DNA of 61,942 bases, filler included. It is 4 parts of 4 records of this genome, joined end to end, with 100 filler letters (N's around TTAATTAATTAA, not from the genome) between each part and the next. Parts side by side here need not be neighbours in the genome. Positions count along the whole stretch, not along the records: positions 34,557 to 56,277 come from DRR378314_252; 3 more parts are not named here. One strand, given 5' to 3'. The notes beneath the pieces were generated by a model, which was not told the DNA's origin, did no database searches, and saw only the letters and a program-made list of their open reading frames with translations. Shown in pieces: positions 37,528-50,898 of this stretch (position 1 is its first letter; every line of letters starts with the position of its first letter). Position numbers and translations under genes: made by a program.

Positions 37528-39790
37528 ATGTTTTTGTCGCCGTCCTCGAAAAAAGCAACAGAGAAGGATGAGCACGAAATCAGCGCTATTTCTGATCGAA
37601 TATTTCTTGGGAGTGCGCAAGCGGCGGCAAACGAGGACGCGCTAGAGGAAAGAGGCATTACGCACATACTTACGGCCGCCGCTGGCATTTCACCGCCGTT
37701 TCCAAACGTGCGTCTTTCCATCTTCATCCTTGTCGGTCGAACGCTGGTGAAACCAGTGTATTCATGCATTCACAATGCGAAGTTGCGCTGTTCTGATCCA
37801 TGTGGCTCGTAGGGTGTATTTGCGACTCGTTGAGCAGTCTCTCGAAACCCCACGCCCAGAGCACTACCCCCTATGGTTTCGTGTACAAGGACGTTTTGCC
37901 GCAATAGGAGCAAATCGCAGCGCAGTGTCATGTCGTAGAACGATTTCTTCCTCATTGATGACGCGCCACGATGTTTGTATGATCTTTAAATGAAATGAAG
38001 AAGGGGGAGACAAGTGCCGCGCGCCACACTTTTCGACGACAAGAGTGCATGTGGTGGAGCAGGAACGAAGAGTAGAATCCAAAGCTTATCCTCCCGATCA
38101 CCCCGTGCGACTGCACATCGACACGCCCTGCAGAAATTTACCTACATGATCGTCGAAGTCTCTGATACGGGCAGTGTGGATATTCTCAACTTGTTTCCGC
38201 TCTGCAATGCATACATCGAAAAAGGTCTGCGGGCCGGGGGAGTGTTGGTTCACTGGTACGCATTCTCCCCCACAGTACCTTGTCGACTGGGCGAGAAACT
38301 CGACAGGCGCGCTGGCTGCGCATCTGCAGATTCTGAGCTACTAAAGTATCCTTTTGATTCCAATGCGGCTTTGTGCGAGCGTGCGACTCGCAACTTGCTT
38401 TGCTCTTGCATAGATAGACAACCCCGGCGATGATTTCGTTCTGGTCCTCATGTTTCCAGCTTCGCAGGTAAATCGCGCTCGCCGGCGGTGCTCGCTGCGT
38501 ACTTGATGGCTTCGGAGGGGCTGAGTGCAAAAGATGCTGTCGCCCGCCTGACTAAGCAGCGCAAGAGCGTTCGTATCAACGCTGGATTTCGCCAACAGCT
38601 CGAGTTCTACGAGACGTTGGGAGCTGGATTTCAAGGCGATCGACCATTGTACGGCAGGGAAAGGCAGGCCTTGTTTGCCCACTGTCTGCAGTCAAGCAAA
38701 GGTGTGTCAGGGAAATATGGGGACGCAAGTGGCAGGCGGGGGGCAAACTCGCTTCTAAGAATCAAAGGCGTTTGGCGAATGCCTGTACCCACTACACCAT
38801 TATATACCGGTACCATCACATCAAGACAAGCATAGGTGTAAAGTTGCAGACTGTGTCTTTCGTCCACAGGAATTTCGTGCTCAGAAGTGGGCCTTTGTTG
38901 AGATTCGGTATACCTCTCGTTGCCACAGTAACGAGGCGAAATTGTTTCGGGCGCGCGCGCAGGAGCGCGCACATGGCTTCTTTCGCCTTGTAGCTACTGA
39001 TCGACACAGTTGAGTTCTTGTGTCAATGGTACGCGTCGTGCGTAGGTTTCTGAGAGTTTTTATGCACGATATGCTTGTGTTGCTCCGATGACGTTTCAAA
39101 ACGTCGTACATCGAATGGAGCTCAGCCTTACGTATCGACATGGTCCTCTTCCGTCTGCAACTCCTCCTACCGCAGACGCGCAGTACAAGACTGCCTTGCT
39201 AGCTCCCGATCCCGCAGCGGCCGTTCCCGTGCTATATCGATCGCCTGGGGGCGGAATACCGCGACGCGTCTTGCGCGACGGCTGTGGGTGGACGTTTTAC
39301 TGTCGTAGTTGCTCGCGACCTCTGTTCACGGCGTTGCAGTTGGTTGACGGTGAGGGCATTCTCAGCGATCAAGAGAGCAAGGTGGGCTTTCACGCACCGC
39401 GCGCGCGGTCCAGCAGAGCAGAAGCAGCTTTCGCGACGGTTGCATGCTGCACTATGCGGCAACAGTGCTACAAGAGCGATTGTGCGCATTTGAAAAGTCA
39501 TATTCCTCCCTGGTAATTTGGAGTGTTCCTTCGCTCGTGTACATTCGTGGCGCTACCGAGCTGCGCAGGTTCTCCTCATTGAGCCGATGCACTGGATGGA
39601 CGACAGCATGCTGCGGTGGGGCACTTCCGGTGAAGTGCGTTGCCCGCAATGCGGTGCCTCGCTTGGAGCATGGGATTTGGCCACGCATCGAAAACAAATA
39701 TCGGAGAAGTTTGGATACTTCATACAGCGAAACTCGGTGCAGGTGTGCAGTGCATTCTCAATGCGGCGGAACACCTCGGAGCCATCCTGA
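37528..39790 (+). CDS. Dual-specificity phosphatase, DUSP12/YVH1-like, with reduced C-terminal zinc-binding domain
   Basis: Exons 37528-37707 (IFLGS..GITHILT), 38134-38255, 38460-38701 (active site VLVHC|FAGKSRS, AYLM, INAGFRQQL), 39176-39381 (LAPDP, FYCRSCSRPLF), 39569-39790 (IEPMHWM, GEVRCPQCGASLGAW). The exact C-terminus is uncertain. Confidence 0.88.
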
Positions 39791-40112
39791 ACATTGTAGC
39801 CGCCATCCACGGCAATGTAACAACCGGCGGGCCTTGCACCGTGGTTGTGTATCCAGAAGCGCGTCTTCGGATGAGCGTGCCGCGCAAACTGCACCACCAA
39901 TATGGTACATGTATTGTTCAGAAGCAAGAAGCTTGAGTATTAAAGACACGAAGCGAGCACACCAGAGCACCGCTTCTACGGAAGCAGCGTTTCTCGGATG
40001 CTGCCACTATCCCTGCAACGAAAACCGCATAAAACACAATCCCTATGGGCTCCGGCATTCCTGGCCAAGCCGGCATCTAAACCATCAGCACTCGCTCGGT
40101 CGAGCTTGAGCA

Positions 40113-43100
40113 CTACTGTTGTACAGTTGCGAGCATGCTGCTGTTCATCGACGCAAACTTCTTTTCTCGCGTCAGGAGCTCGCACTGCAGCCCGTTCTCA
40201 GGGTCATTCTCGACCAAACCATCCGCACCGCGGGCGACATGAATCTCCACATTGCCGTAATTTGCAAGCTGGAGCATCGCAAGGAACAATCGACAGACTT
40301 CTGCCGCATCCGCGCCTTGTGAAAGAGCGCCAAAGTCCAGCACCTTGCCCTGCAGAGCACCATCCGTAGAGAGAGTGTCAGCGCGCGGCACGCGAGTACG
40401 AGCACAAAAGAAACAACTGCGCAGAGCGGGGCTCCGAAACCGCAGCACCGCACCCCCCGTGCATGCGGAATGATTAACATCTGGAAAAAGCCCGCGCTTC
40501 GAAACGAAAGCCTCGGTGACATATTTTTTTTTCTCCCAACACAGATTTGCCTACGGAGGAGGAGTCAGGGTCCAGCAAACCTATCACTCTACAATGGCAG
40601 CCACGTGCTTCCGATGGGTACGCAAAGGGCCGTGTCGTCAGTGCAGCGCACCGCGCGCAACAAACTACCAAAACGCTATATCCCCTTCTCGCATACAAAA
40701 AATGCAGGGAGCGACAACTCATCGCGCTTCTTTTCCCATCTGTCGTTTAGGAACAGGGAAAAGAGAGTACGTGCTCCTGCGCCAATAGCGAGAAAGCGGA
40801 CCTTGTTCTTCTTCGATTTCGCGCGCTCGGCATCTTCCTTGCTACCGTAAACACCGATGATCTTGTCGCCGTACTCGCCAATATCAAACGAGCCACGCAA
40901 CTCTTCCTCCTTGAGCACAGGCTCGATTCGTCGCTGCCAATCTTGGACGCGGCGTGAGAGATCCGTCTCGATTCGGTACCGCTCGACGTCGCGCATGTAC
41001 GTATCCTGCAAAGGGAAGTCGAACCATGAACGCGAGTTAAGGCGCCGGCGCAGTTGTAGACCAGGTGAGAAGTCTTTTCTTCGTGGAGCCGACGCGGAAC
41101 AGCGCCGTCAACGGGCGACGGGGCGCGCGCGCGCGCGACGGCTATTCGCAGCACGTCCGCTGGGCAGAGAGAGAGAGAGAGAGGCAAATGGCCAACCCTG
41201 CCGCCGCGCTCGCCTGCACGTCGCTATACTCGGCTGAGGAAAAGCACACGTCGCGTGCCGAAAACAGTGTGGTTCCCGTGGGGTACAGAAACAAGAATTT
41301 GGATTGGAAGAAGCAATAGGCAAGGAAACCCTCCTCGTTCGCCAAGGAGAGGCCCAAGCAGTCTGGGGATATTGCGTGCGTACCATGTGCTTCTGGACCT
41401 CTTTCTCATATGAGTGTTCGTCAAACTCCTCCAGCGCGACATCGTTGTCGTCGCCGTACTCGAAGCCGCCATCCCCAAAGTCATCCAGCGCAGCTTCGTC
41501 GTCCAGCCACGCTCCTCCCTCCGCATCGATACCAAAGGCTGTGTATGCAGCATCACCCGCAGCGCCCCGTCCAGCTGCAGCAAGCTCGCGCGCAAGTCGC
41601 TTGGCGCGGAGTCGCCGCACGTTGCGCACGGCGGCGTCATTCTCCGGCAGCACGGCAGCGCGCAGCGTGCGGGCGTTCAGTCGCAGCGGCGGCTCGCGCT
41701 GACGCAGCTCGTCTTCTTCCGATGCGAACCGCACAACGGACAGAGGCGCTGCAGCTGCCGCGCTCGCGCCAGGAGTGTACACCGTAGATCGCGAGTGCGC
41801 CGTGCGACCCTTTCGGAACGGTCGCGGGTCGTTTCCGCTTTCGTCATCAGGGTCCTGCGATGCGTCCAGCGAATTACATAGCACAATGTACCGCAGAAAA
41901 GAAGAAGCAGCCTCTTCAGGAAGGTGCGCCCTCGAACATGCAAGTGCTAAAGAGAGGGGGAACTTCATTCACCACGTTCGCTCTTTCCTTCAGGACCCGC
42001 ATCTGCTCGCTTTCGCTGCAAAGTGCCTCTTCCTGTCCGGACTTGCAGTAGCGAGAGCTGATAATCCTGGATAAGCATCGCCATTGGACACACAGCACAA
42101 CGCACCAGCATCGCCCACTGCGACGGAGCCTTGGGGGCGGTCGTTGTACCGCCCTCTTGTGGTCCGACATTGCCCACGTCATCCCACGAGCCACCAAAGT
42201 CATCGAAGTCGGCATCTCCCGGATCCGCGTCCGCCATACCCGCACCCGATGCATCAACCGTGCCAGAGGCTTCGAAGGTCCCATCTTCGCCGCGCTCAGC
42301 GCGCTCAGCGGCAAACAGCTCCGCCGCGGTGTCATCAAGAACGAGCGCGCCCGAGACATCGATCTCACACATAGACATCTTCACGGAGAACGGAGAAAGA
42401 ATTTTATCAAGCGTAAACAAGCGACATCACCCACGTGCAACATAAGTACGTAGAGCAACAGAATTGGCAAATCCAAGGCGGGTCACCTTGGAGGTTTACG
42501 CATTTGAACAAACGCGTATACGGAAAAATGTGATTCTCGCCCGCCAAGGCGCACTAGTAGCGGTGGCCCGCGATCGGAGAATGGACAAGTGTTGAAGATT
42601 AGGCAGTCACACATCATATCTACAATCGAATCTCGCGCTCTTCTTGACCAAGCTTAACAGTCCCCACACAGGGAAGACGTTTACCCCACAGGAAACCGCC
42701 GCAAAAGGAGAAGAAAGAAAGTGAAAAAAAAACACCATCCCACGACGTACTCTTGGCCTCTCCGTCCCATCTTCTTCGCGGCTCTCGATGAGGGGCGCGA
42801 TTTCGCTATCCTGCGCGGATGTAGGGAGCTTGTCGCGCGGAATATCCTCTTCGTCCAGATCAATGTCCGTTCCTTCAGGTACATCATCAAGCGGCAAGAA
42901 CTCCTCGTCGGCCCAGTGCGTGGCAGTGACGACATCGGAGTCCTCTTCTTGTAGCTGCATAACAACCGTGTTGCCTGCCTCGGCCTCTTCACCTCCCTTT
43001 AGAATTGTTGCAAGCGCATGCTGGACCAGTTTGTACAAGTATTCGACCTTGCGACTGCACAAGAGCGGAAAGAATGCACGGAGGAGAATCAAAGTTTAAA

Positions 43101-44106
43101 AACTTGAACTTCACAGCGAAATCGACTGCAATCTGACGGAACTGCAAAACGAGTTTCCCACACTGCGCGGAAGAAAGGCATCGCCAACTACACGCACTGC
43201 GATGCTTGCCAACTCCATTGTGCATGGTACGCGCATTCGGATGCACACTGTTGCCTTCCCGATTTTCCTGTTCCCCAACCACACATGACGAAAATGTCAC
43301 AGCTCTCGTACCTGTAAATGTATGCCGACCCTTGGATAAGAAGAGCGGCTGCAAAGCCAGACGGTGGACAATGAGCGCACGGGAGAGAGCGCCACGCTCG
43401 GTGAGCATTGCGATACCGCACGACGAACAGGTTCCGAAACTCCAACAACAGCAGCCTCAAACCCATATTGCGCGTACTGGAACTTCAAAAGCGTATATGT
43501 CAGCGGCGTTCTGCGCCACGCGCACCTTGCGCAAAGTTCACCGTCGTCTTTCCGCCATCCAGTGATACTTCAATGCCAGCGAGATCTTCCAAGTACTCGC
43601 CGAGCTCGTCAGCCAGGTCAATGCTCCAATTCTCCGCCAAGTCCCTGAGAAATTTTCACCACATGACGAGTTCCGCAGGATACGCTTGTCATATTTGTTG
43701 CAGCGCAGGGTGCAAAAAGGGAAATACATTGGCGCACAGCGAACTCTCGGCGTTGCACGAGCGGCTTTGTCTCGCACGCGCACTCTCCTCGAGGCCACGG
43801 CTGTGCGGAAACGCGTGAGAGCAAACCACGAAGAGCGGAGGCTTCCCGCGCCCCTGCCCATATCGAACGCGGTGCGGGGACAATCCGTTCAAAGGTACCG
43901 CTTCTTTCCACACATGTCCGCATAAAATTATACTTAGAAAAGATTACAATCCAGCTCTTGTGGGTCGGGAAGAGGGGAAGGGCATAGTGAACGTGTGCGC
44001 GCGCTCGCGCGCTAAAGAACAGCGCTTGGCGCTTCGAAACGCACCGCAGAGGTTTGAGCAGATGTTCGAAACGCCTCTCCGCTTCGTTCGCAGTTGATTC
44101 TGCCAT
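40113..44106 (-). CDS. NCAPH2: Condensin II complex kleisin subunit CAP-H2
   Basis: Exons 44045-44106, 43526-43644, 43312-43348, 42751-43054, 42106-42378, 41384-41854, 40802-41005, 40113-40349. N-terminal [28 protein letters not shown]...[24 protein letters not shown]; middle WAMLDP..PFRKGR; C-terminal [42 protein letters not shown]. Confidence 0.93.
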
Positions 44107-44685
44107 TTGTTCCTGCAGATGGCACGGAGGACGAAAACGCACTCCCAGTGCATATGAATACACACTGATATCCAGGTCGCATTAACAGAGCTAGCGCTTG
44201 CTGCGGTAAAACGCGATGCAACGAGAATCTCGACAGAGAACCGGCGCCTGCTTTGCTCTCGTCTGCAGAAGTTGAACACGCGCGGACTAAGGGCTGAGCT
44301 GCCCGCACTGCTCTCCACAACGGCGCGCAGAGAAGTAGGCATTCGGCAAACCAGCAACGACACCCCCCCCAAAGGAAACATGATGCCACACACTTTACAT
44401 TCCCAAGTTGCAGGAAAAACTTTCATGTTCGAACGCGAGGTACATTTCAGCGGAATGACCGGGTGGGAAAGCGGCGAGCACGGCGGTGCTCGTTCCGCCG
44501 CGGTCGAACCGCTCTCTTCCAACAGCACAACCCACTGCGCAGCACAGCACGGCTAGCCACGGGTGCCAGCGCGCGGGCAGGCCAGGAACCACTCCGACGG
44601 AAGCTCACGAAGCTTACAATTACCACACATATCCTTTGAAGAGCACGAGCGATACGAAAGTGCCCCCGTATTGCTCAGCAAGGAA

Positions 44686-45110
44686 GCGGGAAACGCACCA
44701 CTCAGATGACGAAAGATACAGCTGACAAGCGCGGGAAAGAAGAATCACGGCGTCCACGAGTTTCGCGCCATCCGTGAGCGTCTTGTTCAAAATAGGGTTA
44801 AGGTAAATTCCACAAGGCACGGGAGGCGACAAGAGGTGGTGAGGTGCTTAGAGAATGCCGGGATTACGCAACGCGTACCCAACGCCTCCGTTCCGACCGA
44901 CAACGCGATTGCGGTCTTGTAGCCCTAGTTTCCCCTGCAGGCGCGATTGCACGCTGTGTACAAAGGGAAGGAGACCTCGTTTCCTGGACCGACTGTGCGC
45001 TGGGATGTCGCGTAAGTAAAAGGCTGTCTCGGTATCTGCGCTCGCTAGGCAATACGACAACGAACTCATCCCGCCGCGGAGGCGACTTCCCGATCCGGGA
45101 GCGCGCGAAA
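44686..45110. promoter_or_regulatory. Cluster of four E2F-consensus sites (TTTSSCGC) in the divergent CAP-H2/RRM2 promoter
   Basis: GCGGGAAA 44686-44693, GCGGGAAA 44731-44738, TTTCGCGC 44761-44768, GCGCGAAA 45103-45110; also ACGCGT at 44871-44876. Function is inferred. Confidence 0.55.
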
Positions 45111-45267
45111 AACTTGGGATCCCGACGCCCATTGCAGCGCGCGCTCCGCCCGCGTTGCAGGCGCGAGACTTCTCCTGCTGCCGCTCTGTCAAGAAAGCTG
45201 CGACCTCCCTCTACACCACGCGCACGCTGCCCGACCTCTTTGCCCCGCTGCACACTTCCTCGAAACG

Positions 45268-47983
45268 ATGAAAGACATCGCCGCCACGTTTGACGAGTCT
45301 CTGGTTTTGGACAACACTGATTCGCCAGTGAAGAAGATTATGGATAAGGAGAATTATGCTCCAGACACGCCGGAGAAACGTGCGGTCACTGCTGCAGCCA
45401 AGGCCGACTGCGCGCGTGTTGAGGACACCGATGCGTCTACGGAGCCTCTGCTTCGCGAGAACCCGAACCGCTTTGTTGTATTCCCAATCGAGTATCAGAA
45501 GATCTGGCAGATGTACAAGAAGCATGAAGCATCGTTTTGGACGGCAGAGGAAATCGACCTGTCGAAAGATATGTCCCACTGGTGCGTTTGAGTTCGCGCC
45601 ATGAGCTCGGCGCGGCATGCGACGTCCGCGCAGACTCCCGCGCGCGCGAAAACCTGTCCAAACCGAGCGACCAGGCGGGGCTCGGCTGAGGAGTTTGCGC
45701 CCTCTTCGCAACGGCAGTGCGCTCCCCTCTAAGAAGTTTCTCGTGCCGCGGCCGATCTCTTGCTGACGCATTGCATGGCTGCTGGTGTGATTTGTGGTAC
45801 TTCGGTACGGCCGCAGGGTAACGCTTACCGACGATGAGCGGCACTTCATCAAGCACGTCCTTGCGTTCTTCGCCGCCTCGGACGGCATTGTCAACGAGAA
45901 CCTCGCGATGCGCTTCTCCAACGAGGTGCAAATCCCAGAGGCTCGCTGCTTTTATGGCTTCCAGATAGCCATGGAAAATATTCACTCTGAAACATACAGG
46001 TATGTTTCGTTGGAAAGGGAACGAATCGATGCGTAGCGCAGAGGCGTGCGCTTGAAGAGTCCGTCCGCGCTCTGGTGTGGGTGGGAGAGTGGACGCGTGC
46101 GTGGTGTGCGTGCGCGCGCGCTGCGGGCGGGCGGCCGGCGGCGCGCGATCGCACCTTCCGATTGCGGGCGCCGGCGCTCGAGGGGAGGGACCGCGCGGAG
46201 CGACCCTGGTGCGCGTGCTCCAAGCCGTGCTCCCGATCCAGCACGTGCTCTCCGCGGCGACGAAAGGGAGTGTGCGTGCTGCTACCATTATTATCTGGTG
46301 AACGACTGGGGCTAAAGAGCGCGCCTGTTGATAAGCACTTTGAGAAGCAATACGCAGACGGATAATGCTGGCGCTCCAAAGTAGAGGGCGTGCTGCACTC
46401 CGAGGCGCTACGTCATACAGCGCCGCACGCCCTTCTATCTATGATGCCTCTTTTTTTTCGTTGCAAGGATTTCGGCGCGGCAATCGATGCTGTTGTGCAC
46501 ATAGGCCACTGTGTGAAGTTGAAAACGTTTCTGCTGTACGGCATACATACATGCTTCCTCGTATCTTGTATGTGACGTACTCGGTCTGCAACACTGCGGT
46601 CCTGCCATGCCGTGTTTCGCAGTCTGCTCATTGACACGTACATCTCCGACCCCGAGGAGAAGACTCGCCTCTTCCGCGCCATTGAGACGGTGCCGTGCGT
46701 ACGGAAAAAGGCACACTGGGCGCTGCGTTGGATCGAAAAGGGGTCCTTTGCGGAGCGTCTTGTGGCTTTTGCCGCTGTCGAGGGGATTTTCTTCTCTGGC
46801 TCGTTCTGCGCCATTTTCTGGCTGAAGAAGCGAGGTGCGTACCGTTCCTGCCGCAGTTTCTCTATCCGCTATTGTTCGTGTGCACTCTAGGCAGAAGCCC
46901 AGCTGCCGTGATTTCATTCGCTGTCATTTGTGTGTTTATTTCTGACGAATAACAAGAAAAAAACGTCTGATCGTTTGAGGGGCGCGCTGTTTCGTCTGTG
47001 GAGGCTCTGGCTCGGCGTGGCGGTTGTGCGTGCACGGTGCTGCACGCACACGATGGCGCGCTGGGCTACCGCCCAGCCCATTGATGTACCCAGACGCGCT
47101 GCTCTTTGCTCATCATCTTCTTTTGTTCGCCTTCTGGCTCGTTTGCAGGATTGATGCCGGGCCTAACTTTCTCAAATGAGCTCATCAGCCGCGACGAGGG
47201 CTTGCACTGCGACTTTGCGTGCTTGCTGTACTCGCATCTTCAGAACAAGCTCTCCCAAGACACTGTGCACCGCATCGTCCGAGATGCAGTCGTGCACGAA
47301 AAAGAGTTCATTACCGAGGCACTGCCAGTGGACTTGATTGGCATGAATTCACAGATGATGTCCCAGGTACGGCGCGCAGTAGAACAAGAGTTTTGCGCGT
47401 CGCATGCGTCCCGTTGGGTCCGCCCCCTCGAACCCCATGCGACAGTCGCACAGCATTGCTTTCTGCAATGGTCGGGTGGATGGAAACCATGAAATACGCT
47501 CTCCGCCTTGGGCGCAGTGCTCTTACCCACCCTTCTCGATCTGACCAAAATCCTGGTGCATCTCTTCCTTTACTTCAATCCCTCTCGGGTACCCGCCCCG
47601 CAGTACATTGAATTTGTGGCCGATCGCTTGATTGACGCTCTCGGATACGAAAAGGTGCGTGTGGAGAGAGATGCCCTCTCCTTGTCGTGGCACTTTCGGT
47701 GCTGTTCTACCCAGTGTGATGACGCGTTTCATCGGCCTTGGTGAGCGTGTTTGCGCCTGGTACATTGGAGGAGCTCACCCGCGCGGGGTTCCCTTTCGTT
47801 TCCGGGCGATCTCTGCGCCGTATCGTGCAGATCTGGAACACTCCGAACCCGTTCGACTGGATGGAGCTGATTTCCCTCGATGGGAAGACGAACTTCTTCG
47901 AGAAACGCGTCGGCGAGTACGCCAAGACCGGCGTGAACACACAGCGCGAAAAACAGGTCTTCACCTTGGACGAAGACTTTTAG
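45268..47983 (+). CDS. RRM2: Ribonucleoside-diphosphate reductase small subunit (class Ia R2)
   Basis: Exons 45268-45581, 45817-45999, 46623-46834, 47149-47366, 47604-47654, 47831-47983. Motifs [31 protein letters not shown] (radical Tyr), [33 protein letters not shown]. Confidence 0.98.
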
Positions 47984-48694
47984 ATGGGCGCTCTGCCATA
48001 GGCCGCCTATGCAACGCGAGAGCGTGAAATTTAGGCGTCGTCTTCGCTATACCTGGGCGCGTGGATATCCAGGCTGAACGGGACCGCCGTGCCGCGTGCC
48101 TCGCTCTGGCGCTGTTGTCCGCAGAACGCGCTCGCATACGCGCGTTTCGGCTTCGCTGGGCCCCCCATCCTCGTGCGCTACTGTGCCGCCGATTGTGACC
48201 CCCTGTGCCCATCGTGGAGCCTTGTGCGCGCCTGTCGCACGAGACAGCGGCGCACTTTCTGCGGAGATGCCTGTGTGCGCGGGTGCGAGCAGATCGTGCA
48301 TCCGCCTGGTTGTACCAATTGTTTGTGTGTTTGTGCGTGTGAATGAGCAAGATTTTGTGCGCTTCCTGGGCGCGAGTCTCTGATGAAGCCGCGCCTCGCG
48401 AATGTGGACCGCATTGCGTGGATTTGATTTTTTGACAGGGCATCACCTTGATGTGTCCTGTGTGGGATTGCTTGAGGGTTACTGCTGTGGAGTATACATG
48501 AAACCGGCCGCGGGAACGCTGCCGTCGACTCGGCCACGTCAGAACGACCGCCACTTCCTCTAGAGGTTATCGATATAGGGTTGTACAATCACCCGACCTC
48601 CGTGCGCTGCCAGCCAGTGTCTCGCTGCGCGTTGGCCGTTCCTTGCACTCTAGCGCGCCGCCCGAGCTGTCGCAGTGCTGCCCCTTGCCCCGCC

Positions 48695-50801
48695 ATGACC
48701 GACCCGCTCGCGAACTTTGACGCTCTCCCGCAGCTCAAAGCGGCATTCGATGCCGCCAAACCTGATGATCAGGGCAAGATGCCAACACAGGATTTCCTGG
48801 CGGCCGCTGAGAAAATTCTGCCGATCTTCGGTACGCACAGCGCGGACTGCACGATGAGCTGTTTGCCAAGAGTTCCAGCCCTTGCGCTCTCCCTCTCCCA
48901 TTTTGCCCGCTTTTCCGCCCTTCGCAACGGCGTTCCCAGAAAGGGCACGCTGATCGTCGTGGGACTTGGCGGAGCGCCTCTAGTGATGAAGCATGACGCT
49001 GTACCTGTTCCGTGTAGCATAGGAAGGCGGGGTCGCCCTTTCTCCGCGCGCTCGCCGCTTTGCGCTGCTGTCAGAGCGGGGCTGCCGCAGCGCACGACAC
49101 TGGCGCAGTGTGGCGGAGCGCTTGGCACAAGCGCTCGACGCGGGACTGCGAGCCCTGTCGTTCTCCGCAACCTGCGGTGTGCACCTGCGATCGCTGCACC
49201 TTCATTGAAACACGCATCGGTAGTTTCTTTCCAGCAGCGCAGTTATTCTGTACGCTGCGGGCTGCTGCCTCGCCCGAAGGCACGCTGCGCCGCCAGCGCT
49301 TCGTTGGCGCAGCGAGTGCCAACAGGCGCCGCAGGCTTGTGCAGCCGTGTCGTTGTCGCGTTTGCTGCCGCTGCGCGTGCACGAGCATTAACGGGACGGC
49401 GCAGAGGCGGCCTCTCCACATCCCATACAATAACTCAAGGATGTACCTTTTGTGTGTTCTAATTTCCACGTATTTGCATATCGTAGTTGTTCCCGCGCCT
49501 GCTTTGGCGAAGCACTGCCAGCGGGCTCCCTCCGTGTTGCGCGACGGAAGAATGACTGGACGCGGTGTTCTCATTATCGCTGTTGTTCTTGCCTTGTGCG
49601 CGTGACTGCAGACATTCTGGGCTCGAAAACTTTTGATTTCGTACGCAGTGATGTTTCGGGAAATATCACGGTAGGTCCTCTGAGGAATATGGGCACCTTT
49701 TTCGGCCGCGTACCTTCGACGAGGATCCCGGTGGTTGAGGCGCTTGCATCGTCTGCCCTGCGCCTTGCGGTCGCTCTGCTCACGCCCATGCGCGTGCTGC
49801 TCGACTGCCGTATACTATTGGTCGCATGTTGCAGAAACTTCGAGCCAAATACGACGAGAATTCCGCGATTGCCCAGACCCTTCAGGATGCTGTGCAGAGC
49901 GAAATCGATGCCAAGACAACGAACGCGCGGAATTCTGCCACAGACGCTCTCCTGTGGCTGAAGCGCGGGCTGCAGTTTGTTGCTACGCTTCTCTCCGAGG
50001 TTGCCAAGGTGCGCAGCGGCGCAACTCTTGCCGATGAAGCGAGACATTCCCTGGCATTGGAAAATATCCCTGTCTTGTTATAGCGCCGCGGAAGTGATCT
50101 TGAAGCGCTGGAGCGGCGCGGGCTCCCATCCTGCCGCGCTTGAACTGCACCTGCAAACGGCCATCGCCAAAGAGCATCCAAGCCGGTCTGCGCTCGTTGG
50201 ACCCCGCGGTTCCCTGCCGCGTTGAACCACCTCCTTCTGCCGACAAATGGTTTGAGCTGCTTGTGCATGTGCGCTTTGCTTTGTTTCGTGGTAATACTGG
50301 GGGAACGGGAGCGGCAACGCGTCGCACTATGCGTGCGAGGACGTCCACATGGGTTCGTCCTGTTCACTCCGTGCCCTCGCTGTCATTTGCGTTTGCTCAC
50401 ACGTTTCCTTTCCTTGTAGAACGCCGGCACGAAACTTTCCGAGGATGTCTCAAAGGCGTACAACGACACGCTATCGAAGGCACACAACTGGGGTGTTCGG
50501 AAGATCTTTGGGCTTGCGCTGCGCGCCACTCCTGAGAAGAGCGTGTTCTTGCAACGCATAGGGTCCTCTGAAGCGGTACGTGTGAAGTGGGTTTTCCTCA
50601 CTGCGCTGCCGTTCGTTGCGTACGGCTTCCACAAAGAATACGCGTGGCGTCAGCTGACTGCAGGTAGTGTCCTCCATTGCGGTACCGTTTGTGCAGGATG
50701 CGCTGGCGGTTATCAGCGCCGCCGTGTCGAGTATCGATGCTGCGGTTGCCAACGTTCAGTCCTTCTACGTTGAGCAAGGATTTGAAAAGTACTGCAAGTA
50801 A
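48695..50801 (+). CDS. GLTP: Glycolipid transfer protein (GLTP/HET-C2 type)
   Basis: Exons 48695-48830, 49612-49670, 49835-50008, 50420-50575, and 50664 (or 50697)-50801. Sugar-headgroup residues are retained: SDVSGNITKL (D,N,K), ATDALLWLKRGL (W), AYNDTLSKAHNW (H). Confidence 0.92.
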
Positions 50802-50898
50802 GGCGAGCATCAGCCATCAGAACTATTGTTTTGCGCTATGTCTCATTCATTTGAAATGCCGAGATAAAAGAACAACCGGCTTAGAGCGGAGGGTTCCT

